Below are positions 17,004-27,187 of a stretch of 64,000 bases of DNA, in pieces; the stretch's first letter is position 1, and the number at the start of each line of letters is the position of its first letter. Source of the stretch: Candidatus Latescibacterota bacterium (lineage in GTDB: Bacteria; Latescibacterota; UBA2968; UBA8231); NCBI GenBank assembly GCA_965203175.1, contig OZ241867.1, positions 3,200,001-3,264,000 of the forward strand, written 5' to 3'. The translations under genes were made by a program, and so were the position numbers. The notes under the pieces are model-generated. The model saw only the letters and a program-made list of their open reading frames with translations. It made no database searches and was not told where the DNA came from.

Positions 17004-18215
17004 ATGAAAATCGCCTACTTCGACTGCTTCTCAGGTGTCAGCGGCGACATGATCTTGGGTGCCCTGCTCGACGCAGGCCTCGCGCTAGAGGATCTCAACC
17101 GAGAAATTGCCAAGCTGGGCGTACAGGACGTCGCCATTGAGCGCGAAGCCACCGCCCGGCACGCCATTGCCGCCACCCGCGCCAAAGTCTGCGTGGCCGG
17201 CGCGCCTTTGGCCGACGCCGAGCATCATCTCGACCTGTCTGGCGAGCGCACGCCCACCCACCCTCACGCCCACCTCAAAGATATAACTAGCCGCATTGCC
17301 GACAGTCGCTTGGACTGCGTCGTCAAGGAGCGTTCCATCCGCGTTTTTGAGCGCCTGTGTGCAGCCGAAGCCGAGGTGCACAACGCCGCGCCCGCCGAAG
17401 TCGCCCTGCACGAAGTGGGTGCCCTCGATGCCCTGATAGACGTAGTAGGGGCCGTAGCCGGCCTCCAACTCTTGGAGGTGGATGAGGTCTGCGCTTCGCC
17501 CTTGCGCTTTGGCACGGGTTTTGTGGACTGTGCGCACGGGCGCTACCCGGTGCCAGTGCCCGGGGTCTTGGCCCTCTGCCGCGATGTGCCGACCGAACAG
17601 ACCGATATCCGCGCCGAACTTGTCACTCCGACTGGGGCAGCGATCATCACCACCTTGACCCATTTCTTTGGTCCGCAGCCGCCCTTTTGCCAACAGGCCG
17701 TAGGCTATGGCGCGGGCCGCCGCGACTTAGAGGCCATCCCCAATCTATTGCGCCTGCGCTTGGGCGAGCGAACGCCGGCCAGCGAGCGCGTCCTGCTGAT
17801 CGAAGCCAATATCGACGACATGAATCCAGAAGTGTACGGCTATCTCTTCGACCGGCTGCTAGAGCAGGGTGCGTACGACGTGTACGCCACGCCGGTCCTC
17901 ATGAAGAAAGGCCGCCCAGGCAACGTCCTTAGCGTCCTCGCTCCGACGGGACGCTTGGACGAGCTAGCCGAGATCGTCCTGCAAGAAACGACAACCATCG
18001 GCCTCCGCTACTACGGGGTGGAACGCCGCGTCTTGGAACGCCAGATCCGCATCGTTGCCACGCCGTACGGGGAGGTCGGCGTCAAGTTTAGTTGTATAGA
18101 CGGACGTAGCCGCGCCGCTCCTGAATACGAGGACTGCGCGCGGCTAGCCCAAGAGCACCAAGTGCCCTTGCTCTCCGTATATGAGGCCGCTCGAGCGGCC
18201 GCCATCAAGGAGTAA
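17004..18215 (+). CDS. larC: Nickel-pincer cofactor biosynthesis protein LarC
   Basis: 'YFDCFSGVSGDM', His-rich insert, 'HEVGALDAL.D', 'ELVTPTGAA', 'EANIDDMNPE', 'MKKGRPG', 'PEYEDC'. Confidence 0.93.
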   Translation: MKIAYFDCFSGVSGDMILGALLDAGLALEDLNREIAKLGVQDVAIEREATARHAIAATRAKVCVAGAPLADAEHHLDLSGERTPTHPHAHLKDITSRIADSRLDCVVKERSIRVFERLCAAEAEVHNAAPAEVALHEVGALDALIDVVGAVAGLQLLEVDEVCASPLRFGTGFVDCAHGRYPVPVPGVLALCRDVPTEQTDIRAELVTPTGAAIITTLTHFFGPQPPFCQQAVGYGAGRRDLEAIPNLLRLRLGERTPASERVLLIEANIDDMNPEVYGYLFDRLLEQGAYDVYATPVLMKKGRPGNVLSVLAPTGRLDELAEIVLQETTTIGLRYYGVERRVLERQIRIVATPYGEVGVKFSCIDGRSRAAPEYEDCARLAQEHQVPLLSVYEAARAAAIKE

Positions 18216-18976
18216 TGACCATCATGTTGCGATTGATCTTATGCGCGTTATGGCTGGTTCCGCTGTCGAGCCAAGCTGCGGAATGGCCGGCTTATAGGGG
18301 AGACCTAGACGAATTCGACAATATCCAGCACCTGCCCGCGGGCGAAGGCCCAGCCCGCTTTGTGCTCGGCGACAACGATGGCCGGCTCCACGTCTATGAA
18401 GAACGCGACCGCACCTATACCGGGGTGTGGGACAGCGACTATCTCGAAGGCGCCGTGGCTGGCATGTTCGTCTTAGACATCAACGACGACCAGCTCGACG
18501 AGATCGTCGCCTATACCGACCGCGGTCGCGTGTATTACTTCGACTCCCAGGACTACACGCTGCTGTGGAGCAACTCGCCCAATGAATACGACCGCATTAC
18601 CAGCCTGACCATCGGCGACATCGACGACGACCCCCAGCCTGAGCTCGTGTTTTGCGCCGATGGCCGCTTAGTCGTGTACGACGGCCGCGATCAGTACGAG
18701 CAGTGGCGCAGCGACCAAACCGACTTGACGGCCCATCAGATTCTCATTGGAGACGTAGATGGGGACGACGAAGACGAGATCGTGCTCAACGACGGCTACG
18801 TGTTCGACGCTCGCTTCTTCGACTTGGAGTGGAAATATTCCGAGCCTTTTGGCGAGCGCATGGGCCTGCTCGACCTTGACGAAGACCAGATTCCCGAAGT
18901 CATCGGCGAGTTTCAGGGCCGCTACCTGCGCATCTTTGACATCGACCTCCGGCGGGAAAAGTCGCTCAGCCGCTAG
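18215..18976 (+). CDS. Exported protein with FG-GAP-like Ca-binding repeats
   Basis: Signal peptide; repeats DINDDQLDEIV, DIDDDPQPELV, DVDGDDEDEIV, DLDEDQIPEVI; start overlaps the larC stop. Confidence 0.7.
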   Translation: MTIMLRLILCALWLVPLSSQAAEWPAYRGDLDEFDNIQHLPAGEGPARFVLGDNDGRLHVYEERDRTYTGVWDSDYLEGAVAGMFVLDINDDQLDEIVAYTDRGRVYYFDSQDYTLLWSNSPNEYDRITSLTIGDIDDDPQPELVFCADGRLVVYDGRDQYEQWRSDQTDLTAHQILIGDVDGDDEDEIVLNDGYVFDARFFDLEWKYSEPFGERMGLLDLDEDQIPEVIGEFQGRYLRIFDIDLRREKSLSR

Positions 18977-19054
18977 CGGTCTGGCCTTGACACTTCGGCG
19001 GCGACCAGCGTATATACTCCCTTCTCATACAAACGCCAACAAGGAGCGACTGCA

Positions 19055-20044
19055 ATGCGACCCGTCACCCTCTTCACTGGCCAGTGGGCCGACCTGTCTA
19101 TCGAGACCCTCTGCCAACAAGCCGTTGAGTTTGGCTACGACGGCTTGGAACTGGCCTGCTGGGGAGACCACTTTGAGGTTGACCAAGCCACAGATGCCTA
19201 TTGCCAGGCCAAGCGCGAACTGCTCGAAAAATACAATCTAGCGCTGTTTTCCATTTCCAATCACCTCGTCGGCCAAGCCGTGTGCGACGCCATTGACAGC
19301 CGCCACCAGGCCATCCTGCCTCCGAGCATCTTCGGCGACGGCGACCCAGAGGGCGTGCGCCAGCGCGCGGCCGAAGAGATGATCGCCACGGGTCGTGCGG
19401 CCGCCCGGCTCGGGGTTGACGTGGTCAACGGCTTTACCGGCTCCTCAATCTGGCCGCTGCTCTATTCATTCCCGCCGGTATCCCCTGACATGATCGAGGC
19501 AGGCTACGCGGATTTTGCCGCGCGCTGGAAACCCATACTCGACCAATACCAAGCGCTCGGCGTCAAATTCGCGCTAGAAGTTCACCCCACTGAAATCGCC
19601 TTTGATATTGCCTCGGCCGAGCGCGCCATAGACGCACTCGACGGCCACCCGGCCTTTGGCTTCAACTACGATCCCAGCCACCTCGGCTACCAGGGCGTGG
19701 ACTACGTCGAGTTTATCTACCGATTCAGCGACCGCATCTTCCACGTCCACATGAAGGACGTAGGTTGGTCCGCGACGCCGACCGAGGCCGGGGTCTTCGG
19801 CGGGCACACCGAGTTCGGCGACCGCCGGCGCTATTGGGACTTTCGCTCGTTGGGCCGCGGCAATATCGACTTTGAGGAAATCATCCGCGCTCTCAACCGC
19901 ATCAACTACCAAGGGCCGCTGTCGGTCGAATGGGAAGACAGCGGCATGGATCGCGTCCACGGCGCGACGGAAGCGGCAGCTTTTGTCAAACAGGTCGATT
20001 TCCCGCCTTCGGACATTGCCTTTGACGCGGCGTTTGAGGATTAG
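19055..20044 (+). CDS. Sugar phosphate isomerase/epimerase (xylose-isomerase-like TIM barrel)
   Basis: '[10 protein letters not shown]', 'LELACWGDH', 'FALEVHP', 'NYDPSH', 'HVHMKD', 'SVEWED'; AAGGAG RBS. Confidence 0.9.
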   Translation: MRPVTLFTGQWADLSIETLCQQAVEFGYDGLELACWGDHFEVDQATDAYCQAKRELLEKYNLALFSISNHLVGQAVCDAIDSRHQAILPPSIFGDGDPEGVRQRAAEEMIATGRAAARLGVDVVNGFTGSSIWPLLYSFPPVSPDMIEAGYADFAARWKPILDQYQALGVKFALEVHPTEIAFDIASAERAIDALDGHPAFGFNYDPSHLGYQGVDYVEFIYRFSDRIFHVHMKDVGWSATPTEAGVFGGHTEFGDRRRYWDFRSLGRGNIDFEEIIRALNRINYQGPLSVEWEDSGMDRVHGATEAAAFVKQVDFPPSDIAFDAAFED

Positions 20045-20046
20045 TC

Positions 20047-21606
20047 TTGCAGCGTCTTGCCATCCTCTTGCTCGTCGCCTTACTCGTCGCCTGTGGTGGT
20101 GAGGAGCGGGCGCAGCAGACGTTGGTTTTTGGCCGTGGCTCGGATTCGATCGGGCTAGATCCGGCGATTGAAAACGACGGCGAATCGTTCAAGGTCTGCG
20201 ACAACATCTACGAGACGTTGGTGACCTACGACAGCGAGAGCACGGCCGTGGTGCCGCAGCTGGCGCATTCTTGGGACATCGCGGACGATCAGCTGACGTG
20301 GACTTTCCACTTGCGCACGGGGGTCCGCTTCCACGACGGCACCCCCTTTAACGCCGAGGCCATGCTGTTTTCGCTCGGGCGGCAGTTTGACAAAGACCAT
20401 CCCTTCCACAAGGTCGCTGGTTCGTACAAGTACTGGCAGGCCATGGGCATGGACGACATTGTCGCCGCGTTGGAAGCCCCGGACGACTCGACTTTTGTCA
20501 TCCGCCTCAAAGAGCCTCATGCTCCCTTTTTGGCGAACTTGGCGATGAACTTCTGTTCGGCCGTCAGTCCCACTGCGGTGGCCCGTTACGGTAGCGATTA
20601 CTTCAAAAATCCAGTCGGTACCGGCCCTTTTCGCTTTGTCGAATGGCGCAAGGACGAGCGCATCGTCTTGGAGCGCAATTCCGATTACTGGGGGCCACAG
20701 CCGCAGCTTGATCGCCTAATTTTTAAGCCTATTCAGGAAGGCTCGATGCGCTTCTTGGAGCTTTCGCAGGGCACGATTCACGGCTTCGACAACCTCAGTC
20801 CTGAGTACATTGAGCCGATCCGCGCCGACCCCAACCTCCACCTCTTGACGCAGGCGGGCATGAATACCGGCTACTTGGCCATGAACATGGACAAGAAGCC
20901 TTTCGACGATGTGCGGGTGCGCCGAGCCATAAACCACGCCGTGGATAAGCAGGCCCTCGTGGATAATTTCTACGAGGGCTTGGCCATGCCAGCCAAAAAC
21001 CCCATTCCACCGACCTTGTGGAGTTACAACGACACTATTGCGGGCTATGGCTATGATCCGGCGAAAGCGCGGGCCTTACTGGAGGAAGCTGGTTATGCCG
21101 ACGGCTTTGAAACCGAGCTGTGGGCCATGCCGGTGCCGCGCCCCTATATGCCACAGCCTAGCAAGATCGCCGAGGCGATTCAGGCCGACTTGGAAAAGGT
21201 GGGTATCCGCGCCCGCATTGTGTCTTGGGAATGGGGGACGTACTTGGACAAGGTGTTCGATGGCCAGCACCAGATGGCTTTGTTGGGCTGGACCGGCGAC
21301 AATGGCGACCCGGACAACTTCCTCTACGTGCTCCTCGATTCCACCGCGGCCATCAAACCCGCCCAGAATATCTCCTTTTACCGCAGTGGCGAACTGCACG
21401 ACGCACTCGTCGCGGCCCGTCGCTCCACCGACCGCGACGTGCGCACGCGGCTCTACGCCCAGGCGCAGGAAATCGTCCACCGCGACGCTCCTTGGGTCCC
21501 CCTAGTACACGCAACGCAGACGGTGGTTTTCCAGCGCCGCGTCACTGGCTTCAAGCTGCATCCCACGGGCAGCAAGTGGTTCCACAGCACCGCGCTGACG
21601 CCTTGA
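20047..21606 (+). CDS. dppA: Dipeptide ABC transporter substrate-binding lipoprotein
   Basis: Lipobox LLVAC; 'LRTGVRFHDGTPFNAE', 'PVGTGPF', 'MPVPRPY', 'GWTGDNGDPDNF'. Confidence 0.9.
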   Translation: MQRLAILLLVALLVACGGEERAQQTLVFGRGSDSIGLDPAIENDGESFKVCDNIYETLVTYDSESTAVVPQLAHSWDIADDQLTWTFHLRTGVRFHDGTPFNAEAMLFSLGRQFDKDHPFHKVAGSYKYWQAMGMDDIVAALEAPDDSTFVIRLKEPHAPFLANLAMNFCSAVSPTAVARYGSDYFKNPVGTGPFRFVEWRKDERIVLERNSDYWGPQPQLDRLIFKPIQEGSMRFLELSQGTIHGFDNLSPEYIEPIRADPNLHLLTQAGMNTGYLAMNMDKKPFDDVRVRRAINHAVDKQALVDNFYEGLAMPAKNPIPPTLWSYNDTIAGYGYDPAKARALLEEAGYADGFETELWAMPVPRPYMPQPSKIAEAIQADLEKVGIRARIVSWEWGTYLDKVFDGQHQMALLGWTGDNGDPDNFLYVLLDSTAAIKPAQNISFYRSGELHDALVAARRSTDRDVRTRLYAQAQEIVHRDAPWVPLVHATQTVVFQRRVTGFKLHPTGSKWFHSTALTP

Positions 21607-21609
21607 GCC

Positions 21610-22620
21610 ATGCACCGCTTCGTCCTCCGGCGGCTCATCGCGCTCTTGCCGACGCTGGCGGGGATTTCGCTTTTAGTTTTTCTGATGCTCTACTTGGTGC
21701 CGGGGGATCCGGCCCAGGTCATGCTCGGGGAGCGCGCCAATGCCGAGAGCTTGGCCGAGTTGCGCGCGACTATGGGCCTCGACCAGCCCTTTCACGTGCA
21801 GTTTTATCGCTTCTTCACCGGCTTGTTGAGCGGGGATCTCGGCCGTTCGATTCGCACTCACGAGAAAATTACCACTGAACTCGTCCAGCGCTTCCCGGCC
21901 ACTTGCGAGCTAACCTTGGCCAGTATGCTGCTGGCCATGACCGTCGGCATCTCGGCTGGACTGTGGGCTGCGGTGCGGCGGGGCAAGATCGCCGATCTGC
22001 TCAGCATGATTTTGGCCACGGCCGGCATTTCCATTCCCGTGTTTTGGCTGGCTCTGATGCTGGTGTTGCTGTTGGCCTTTTACGTACCGCTCTTCCCGGT
22101 GTCCGGCCGCTTGAGTACGCATATCTACTTTGAGCCGATCACCTATTTCTACATAATCGATACCCTCGCGCAGGGCGACTTCGCGGCCTGCGGCGACGTG
22201 TTGTGGCATCTCTTCTTGCCGGCCCTGACTTTGGGGACCATTCCCATGGCCGTCATTGCGCGCATGACCCGCGCCAGCCTGCTCGACGTCCTCGGCGAGG
22301 ACTACATCCGCACGGCTTGGGCCAAGGGCCTGCGGGAGCGGGTGGTGATTGTGCGCCACGCCCTGAAAAACGCCTTCATACCCACGCTTACGGTCATTGC
22401 CCTGCAATTCGGCTACCTGCTCGGGGGCGCGGTTATAACGGAGACTATCTTCGCTTGGCCCGGAGTTGGACGCTGGCTCTTTTTGGCGGTGCAGGCGCGC
22501 GATTTCCGCGCGGTGCAGGGCGGGGTTTTGCTGCTGGCCACGGTCTTCGTGCTGGCCAACCTCATAGCCGACATACTCTACGCTTGGCTAGATCCGCGCA
22601 TACGCTACGACGAGGAATAG
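21610..22620 (+). CDS. dppB: Dipeptide ABC transporter permease
   Basis: 'PGDPA', 'GDLGRS', 'YIRTAWAKGL..HALKNA', 'ETIFAWPGVG', ends 'DPRIRY'. Confidence 0.92.
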   Translation: MHRFVLRRLIALLPTLAGISLLVFLMLYLVPGDPAQVMLGERANAESLAELRATMGLDQPFHVQFYRFFTGLLSGDLGRSIRTHEKITTELVQRFPATCELTLASMLLAMTVGISAGLWAAVRRGKIADLLSMILATAGISIPVFWLALMLVLLLAFYVPLFPVSGRLSTHIYFEPITYFYIIDTLAQGDFAACGDVLWHLFLPALTLGTIPMAVIARMTRASLLDVLGEDYIRTAWAKGLRERVVIVRHALKNAFIPTLTVIALQFGYLLGGAVITETIFAWPGVGRWLFLAVQARDFRAVQGGVLLLATVFVLANLIADILYAWLDPRIRYDEE

Positions 22621-22625
22621 AGGGG

Positions 22626-22673
22626 ACAAAAAAGTGGAGGCAACGAGCAAGGCCGTTACCTCCACTTTTTGTG
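22626..22673. terminator. Bidirectional rho-independent terminator
   Basis: acaaaaaagtggagg-caacg..cgtta-cctccactttttgtgt hairpin with A-run and T-run, between convergent genes. Confidence 0.75.
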
Positions 22674-22708
22674 TTTAACAGTGCCTATGTCGCTGGCACT
22701 GCGTCCTC

Positions 22709-25108
22709 TCAGCCACCAGAGGAGGAGATGGTGATGCGGACGATGTCGGCCACGGCCGGATAGGTGAACCCATCGTCCACTAAGCGCACCACGCCGCCTT
22801 CGTCTGCACCGGTGTTAGCACCGGCTTGGCGCGGTGCTTGATTCGCGCCCACGCCCGGCTCTTCGTTGACTTCCGTACCTGCATCCCACAGCCCAATCTG
22901 AGCGGTGATGTCGCCGCTTATCGGCTGGCGATCGTTGGTGAACAGGGCAATGCCGGTGTCACCTGGTGCCAAGAATAGGTCGTTGGATTGCACGTACATG
23001 GTGGCGAAAGACAGCCGGTCGCCGGGACGGGCGACGAAGCTGAATTCATAGGCGTTGCCCGGCGTCAGCGGGCCGGGGCCGTCGGCTCCCACCGGTGTGA
23101 CAAACACGCCGCTGTTTCTCGGTAGGTTCGTGGCTAGCTCGGCGGGATTGCCGTCTTCGGCGAGGGCTTCGAGTCCCGCACCGCGATCGGGCTGGCCGTC
23201 TGTAAAGAAAGGCTCTCCGCCGCGCTGGGCGACCCACGCACCGGGCGCGAGGAGGGTGCCGAGGTTTTCGATACGCACGGTGAATTGTGTTGGAGTGCGT
23301 ACTTCAGCCGAGCCAGCAGCCAGATCGGGAGAGATGGTTATGGAAGAGATGGCCCGTTCAGGGATAGCGTCGCCGTCGGCATCGCTGTCACCATCGGCAT
23401 CGCCGTCGGTACCGGTATCACCGTCACTCTCGGTATCGGCATCACCGTCGCCGTCCATGCCGACCGTGTTCGGGTAAAAGCCCGACCCAATGGCGAACTC
23501 CTGTCCCAATATACTGAGCGGAGCGGCGTAGCCGACCTCTGGCGAGCCGCCTTCTATGCTCGGATCATCCCACAGGTACTCGACAAAACCGCCACCATTG
23601 GCTGCCTGCGCGAGGAGCTCTTGGGTGACCTTGACCCCATTGAGGTCTTCGAAATCGATAAAGTTTTGGCCTTCGAGACTTGGATCAGCTCCGTGAAAGA
23701 GCATGTTGCCTTGCAGATCGGAGACGAACAGATAGGTCGAGCCGCTTTTCCACTCGCCTTCGGAGCGGAAGGTCTCAAAAGACGCCAAGATCTCTTCCGC
23801 AGTGAGTGCTTCCAACATCTCCTTGGCTCGCAAGACAAATTCCTCTAACGTCTCCCGACCGACGACGGCTGCTGCTGTTATGGTGCGGTCCATGTCGCCG
23901 TCGCCGCCCATGTCTCCTGTCTCAGCCGCTGCGATAATATCACCGATGTCGTAAGGTACCCCAACGATAACGGTGCCGCTCAAGGATGGCTCATCTCCAG
24001 ACACATCGACCACAAGGTCTAGCAATACCGTAGCGTCAGACGCACCGGAAGTGGCTATCTCGCCCGTTATGGGAATGTGCGGGAGCTGATCTTCGCCCAC
24101 GTTCAGGGTGCCGTTGAGCACCAGCAGTCCGTCGGACGAGTAATCCGTTAGCATCCACTCGTTGCCCGCGATGGCCAACGTGCCACCGCCGGCTCCGTTA
24201 ATCGTCACCTCATCTGAGGTCAGCGCGATCAACAGGACGTTCTGAAGATAGCTTATCAGCGCATTGGTCAGGGATAGGATATCGGGCGTTATCGCAATAT
24301 CGAGCCCGGTTTGGCCGTCGCCCGCGTCGCCATCCATGTCGCTGTCGTCCATAATACCGATGTATAAACCGCCTCTGGAGGTGACGGTGACGCGGACGAT
24401 ATCGGCCACGGCCGGATAGGTGAAGCCATCATCGACTAAGCGCACTACACCGCCTTCGTCCGCACCGGTGTTGGCAGCCGCTTGACGCGGCGCTTGATTG
24501 GTGCCCACGCCCGGCTCCTCGTTGACTTCCGTACCTGCATCCCACAGCCCAATCTGATCGGTAATGTCGCCGCTTATGGGTAGGCCATCGTCGGCGAACA
24601 GGGCAATGCCGGTATCGCCGGGTGACAACAACAGGTCGTTGGATTGCACGTACATGGTGGCGAAAGACAGCCGATCGCCGGGACGAGCGACAAAGGTGAA
24701 TTCATAGGCGTTGCCCGGCGTCAGTGGTCCGGGGCTATCAGCTCCTACTGGCGTGTTGAAAATCCCGCTGTTGGGATAGAGGCTCGCGGCTAGTTCAGCG
24801 GGATTGCCGTCTTCGGCGAGTGCTTCGAGGCCCGCGCCGCGATCGGGCTGGCCGTTGGTAAAGAAAGGCTCTCCGCCGCGCTGGGCGACCCATGCACCGG
24901 GCGCGAGGAGGGTGCCGAGGTTTTCGATCCGCACGGTGAATTGTGCGGCCACGCGCGGCTCAAGCAATCCGGCAATCGGATTGGAAGAGTCCGTCGCCTT
25001 ACCTGCCTTATATGCAGCAGATGGGTCGGCGGTGGATGAAAGGGGATCTCGGTCTGCACAGGCGGCGAACAAGACGGCCCCAATGCAGGCAGCGTAAAGT
25101 AGTTTCAT
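22709..25108 (-). CDS. Lipoprotein: Spondin_N-like domain, beta domain, single Cache domain, Asp/Gly repeats, second Spondin_N-like domain
   Basis: Lipobox LFAAC; two near-identical 'GLEALAEDG..LSFATMYVQSNDL..WDAGTEVN' units; 'YLFV..G..LFHG..D.NG..GGGFVEYLWDDP' Cache motif; DGDAD repeats. Confidence 0.8.
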   Translation of the reverse strand: MKLLYAACIGAVLFAACADRDPLSSTADPSAAYKAGKATDSSNPIAGLLEPRVAAQFTVRIENLGTLLAPGAWVAQRGGEPFFTNGQPDRGAGLEALAEDGNPAELAASLYPNSGIFNTPVGADSPGPLTPGNAYEFTFVARPGDRLSFATMYVQSNDLLLSPGDTGIALFADDGLPISGDITDQIGLWDAGTEVNEEPGVGTNQAPRQAAANTGADEGGVVRLVDDGFTYPAVADIVRVTVTSRGGLYIGIMDDSDMDGDAGDGQTGLDIAITPDILSLTNALISYLQNVLLIALTSDEVTINGAGGGTLAIAGNEWMLTDYSSDGLLVLNGTLNVGEDQLPHIPITGEIATSGASDATVLLDLVVDVSGDEPSLSGTVIVGVPYDIGDIIAAAETGDMGGDGDMDRTITAAAVVGRETLEEFVLRAKEMLEALTAEEILASFETFRSEGEWKSGSTYLFVSDLQGNMLFHGADPSLEGQNFIDFEDLNGVKVTQELLAQAANGGGFVEYLWDDPSIEGGSPEVGYAAPLSILGQEFAIGSGFYPNTVGMDGDGDADTESDGDTGTDGDADGDSDADGDAIPERAISSITISPDLAAGSAEVRTPTQFTVRIENLGTLLAPGAWVAQRGGEPFFTDGQPDRGAGLEALAEDGNPAELATNLPRNSGVFVTPVGADGPGPLTPGNAYEFSFVARPGDRLSFATMYVQSNDLFLAPGDTGIALFTNDRQPISGDITAQIGLWDAGTEVNEEPGVGANQAPRQAGANTGADEGGVVRLVDDGFTYPAVADIVRITISSSGG
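24377..24945 (-). repeat. Spondin-domain repeat copy 1 (~570 bp; copy 2 at ~22723-23289)
   Basis: Long DNA identities, e.g. cgttggattgcacgtacatggtggcgaaagacagcc and gttgacttccgtacctgcatcccacagcccaatctga, in both copies. Confidence 0.9.
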
Positions 25109-25194
25109 GGAAAATTCTCCTCGAAAAGGATTTGTGGATTCCTATCCGTAAAGACTCACATAGAGGCTACATAGTTTCAAGAAACGCTGTGTCC

Positions 25195-26331
25195 TTAAAC
25201 CTGCGTCCACGCACCGCTGTTCTTGGAGGATTCTACTGCGGCCGCGACGAATTTCATGCCTGCGACGCCCTCTTTCACGCCTGGATGCGGAAAGGCTGCG
25301 GGCACGTCCCGTTCGCCACGGCTCGTGCGGATGAGCCGCTCGATGGTAGTGTGGAGGTTGGCGAGGGCTGGGAAGAAGTCTTCGTGATGCCCCGAGGGCA
25401 CCCGCAAGTACGAGGAGACCGACGCGGGCAGGTCGAATTCAGCGCCAGTCCAGTAGGTAATGTCGCGGCCATCGCCGTGGCGCACTAGCAGGCATTCGGC
25501 CCGCTCCTGATGCCATTCGATAGAGCCTGTGGTACCAAAGACGCGGAAGCCGTTGTCATTGCGGTAGCCAACCGCGATCTGCGTGGCCGTGATCAGCGCG
25601 GTGCCGCCGTTTTCCAGCTCGCCGATCACGTTGAAGTCGTCGTCGAGCACGCGGCCTTCGACAAAGGTGTTGAGCCGTGCCGAGACTCGCTCGACAGCCA
25701 GCCCGGTCACCCAAGTCGCGGAGATAAAGGCGTGCGTGCCAATGTCGCCGCCGCAATTGGAAATGCCAGTGCGCTCGGGATCGGTGCGCCAAGACGCCTG
25801 CTGCTGGCCGGTCTGTTCCAGTGCCGTGGCCAGCCAGCCCTGATGGTACCAGGAATCTACCTTGCGGACTTGGCCTATTTCGCCGCTTTGGATCATTTCC
25901 TTGGCCAGCATCATCATGGGATGGCCCGTATAGGTATGGGCCAGCACAAAGGGCACCTGCTGGCGCTCGATGATTTGTGCCAAGTCTTCGGCTTCGGCCA
26001 CTGTCATGGTGATGGGCTTTTCGCAGAGCACCGGGATGCCGGCCTGCAAGAAGGCTTTGGCCGGCTCGTAGTGGGCGAAGTTGGGGGTAACGATGGTGAC
26101 GTAATCGAGGGCTTGCTCGCCGCTTTGCACCGCCTCTAACAGGGCCTGATAGGTAGGATAACCTTGGATGCCGTAGTCGTCGGCAGCGCGCAGTGCCGCC
26201 TCTGGGTTGGAGCGCAGCGCGCCGGCGACCAATTCGCGGCTGGCGTCGAGTGCGATGGCGCGGTTGTGGACCATGCCGAAAAAGGAATCGGGGCCGCCGC
26301 CGCCGATCATGCCTACTTTGAGTTTGCTCAT
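25195..26331 (-). CDS. Gfo/Idh/MocA family NAD(P)-dependent oxidoreductase
   Basis: 'GMIGGG..FFG.VH', 'IVTPNFAH', 'CEKP', 'GDIGTHA', 'PSGHHE'. Confidence 0.9.
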   Translation of the reverse strand: MSKLKVGMIGGGGPDSFFGMVHNRAIALDASRELVAGALRSNPEAALRAADDYGIQGYPTYQALLEAVQSGEQALDYVTIVTPNFAHYEPAKAFLQAGIPVLCEKPITMTVAEAEDLAQIIERQQVPFVLAHTYTGHPMMMLAKEMIQSGEIGQVRKVDSWYHQGWLATALEQTGQQQASWRTDPERTGISNCGGDIGTHAFISATWVTGLAVERVSARLNTFVEGRVLDDDFNVIGELENGGTALITATQIAVGYRNDNGFRVFGTTGSIEWHQERAECLLVRHGDGRDITYWTGAEFDLPASVSSYLRVPSGHHEDFFPALANLHTTIERLIRTSRGERDVPAAFPHPGVKEGVAGMKFVAAAVESSKNSGAWTQV

Positions 26332-26416
26332 GGAATTTCCTCCCCAAAATGTATTGTTGAAGTACTCTCTTCTAAGTACGCATGGGGGCCTAAAACTGTC
26401 AAACGATTTGGCCTCC

Positions 26417-27187
26417 TCACGGCACTTGTGGTAGCCCCTGTTGTAGGTCTTCGACGGCTAGCCCGCTATTGAAGGCATAGCGTTTGTAAACCAACACCAG
26501 CGCTATATCAGCTTGGCGTAGTTCCACTCGGCGCGGTAGGTACAGCGCGTCTATCTGACGGTATTCTCTTAGCTCGCGGAGCAGGACATCGCCCTCGGGC
26601 AGCGGGATGCTCTCGCGCAACACCAAGCCCCGGCGCAGGTCTAGCCATGCCCGCCGCCCGCCTGTGAGCGCGACCACCGCTTGGCCTGCACCCGGATACT
26701 CGACCGGCTCGACTATGGAACCCGGTTCGACGAGGCCGAGCAAGGCATAGCGCAAGTCGCACGCCCCGAAATCCAACCCGGTCAGCGTGGTTAGCAGTCG
26801 GCCGCGCATCGCCCCTTTTACGGGCCGCTCCATGCCCCGGCTGTACACGGTCAGGCTGTCGCCTTCGAGTAGGGCCGTAAAGATGTGCGTGAAAAAGGGC
26901 CCGCGCACCTCGACGCGGAAGAGATCTGGATTGATTAGCTGCACGAGGGCCGTCCCCCGATCGCGCAGTTCGCCGCGCCGCAGTTCAATGGCCGCTTCTG
27001 CCGTCAGGTCCGCGAACTGGGCGAGCGATGTCGAAGCAGCGAGCAAGGCAGCCGGTCCTTGGTCTGCATCCCAGCCTTCCCGCACCACCAGCGGCGGAGC
27101 GCAAGCTAGGGCTAGGGTGCAGAGCGCGAACCACTTAGAAACTGTATGGAAATTTCGGGTGTGCCCCGAATGCGGGGTATGCATCAT
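26417..27187 (-). CDS. LolB/DUF4292-like lipoprotein
   Basis: Lipobox LALAC; 'PDLFRVEVRGPF' LolA/LolB-fold segment; ATGA overlap with the TPR gene upstream. Start approximate. Confidence 0.55.
   Translation of the reverse strand: MMHTPHSGHTRNFHTVSKWFALCTLALACAPPLVVREGWDADQGPAALLAASTSLAQFADLTAEAAIELRRGELRDRGTALVQLINPDLFRVEVRGPFFTHIFTALLEGDSLTVYSRGMERPVKGAMRGRLLTTLTGLDFGACDLRYALLGLVEPGSIVEPVEYPGAGQAVVALTGGRRAWLDLRRGLVLRESIPLPEGDVLLRELREYRQIDALYLPRRVELRQADIALVLVYKRYAFNSGLAVEDLQQGLPQVP

Noticed and set aside
18987-19018. TTGACA...TATACT promoter before the epimerase gene
   Set aside because: The spacer to TATACT is 20 nt (18 nt to TATATA); plausible but too uncertain to call
23355-23460. Short GCCGTC/ATCACC-type repeats as a DNA-level element
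   Set aside because: Explained by the Asp-Gly low-complexity linker of the spondin protein
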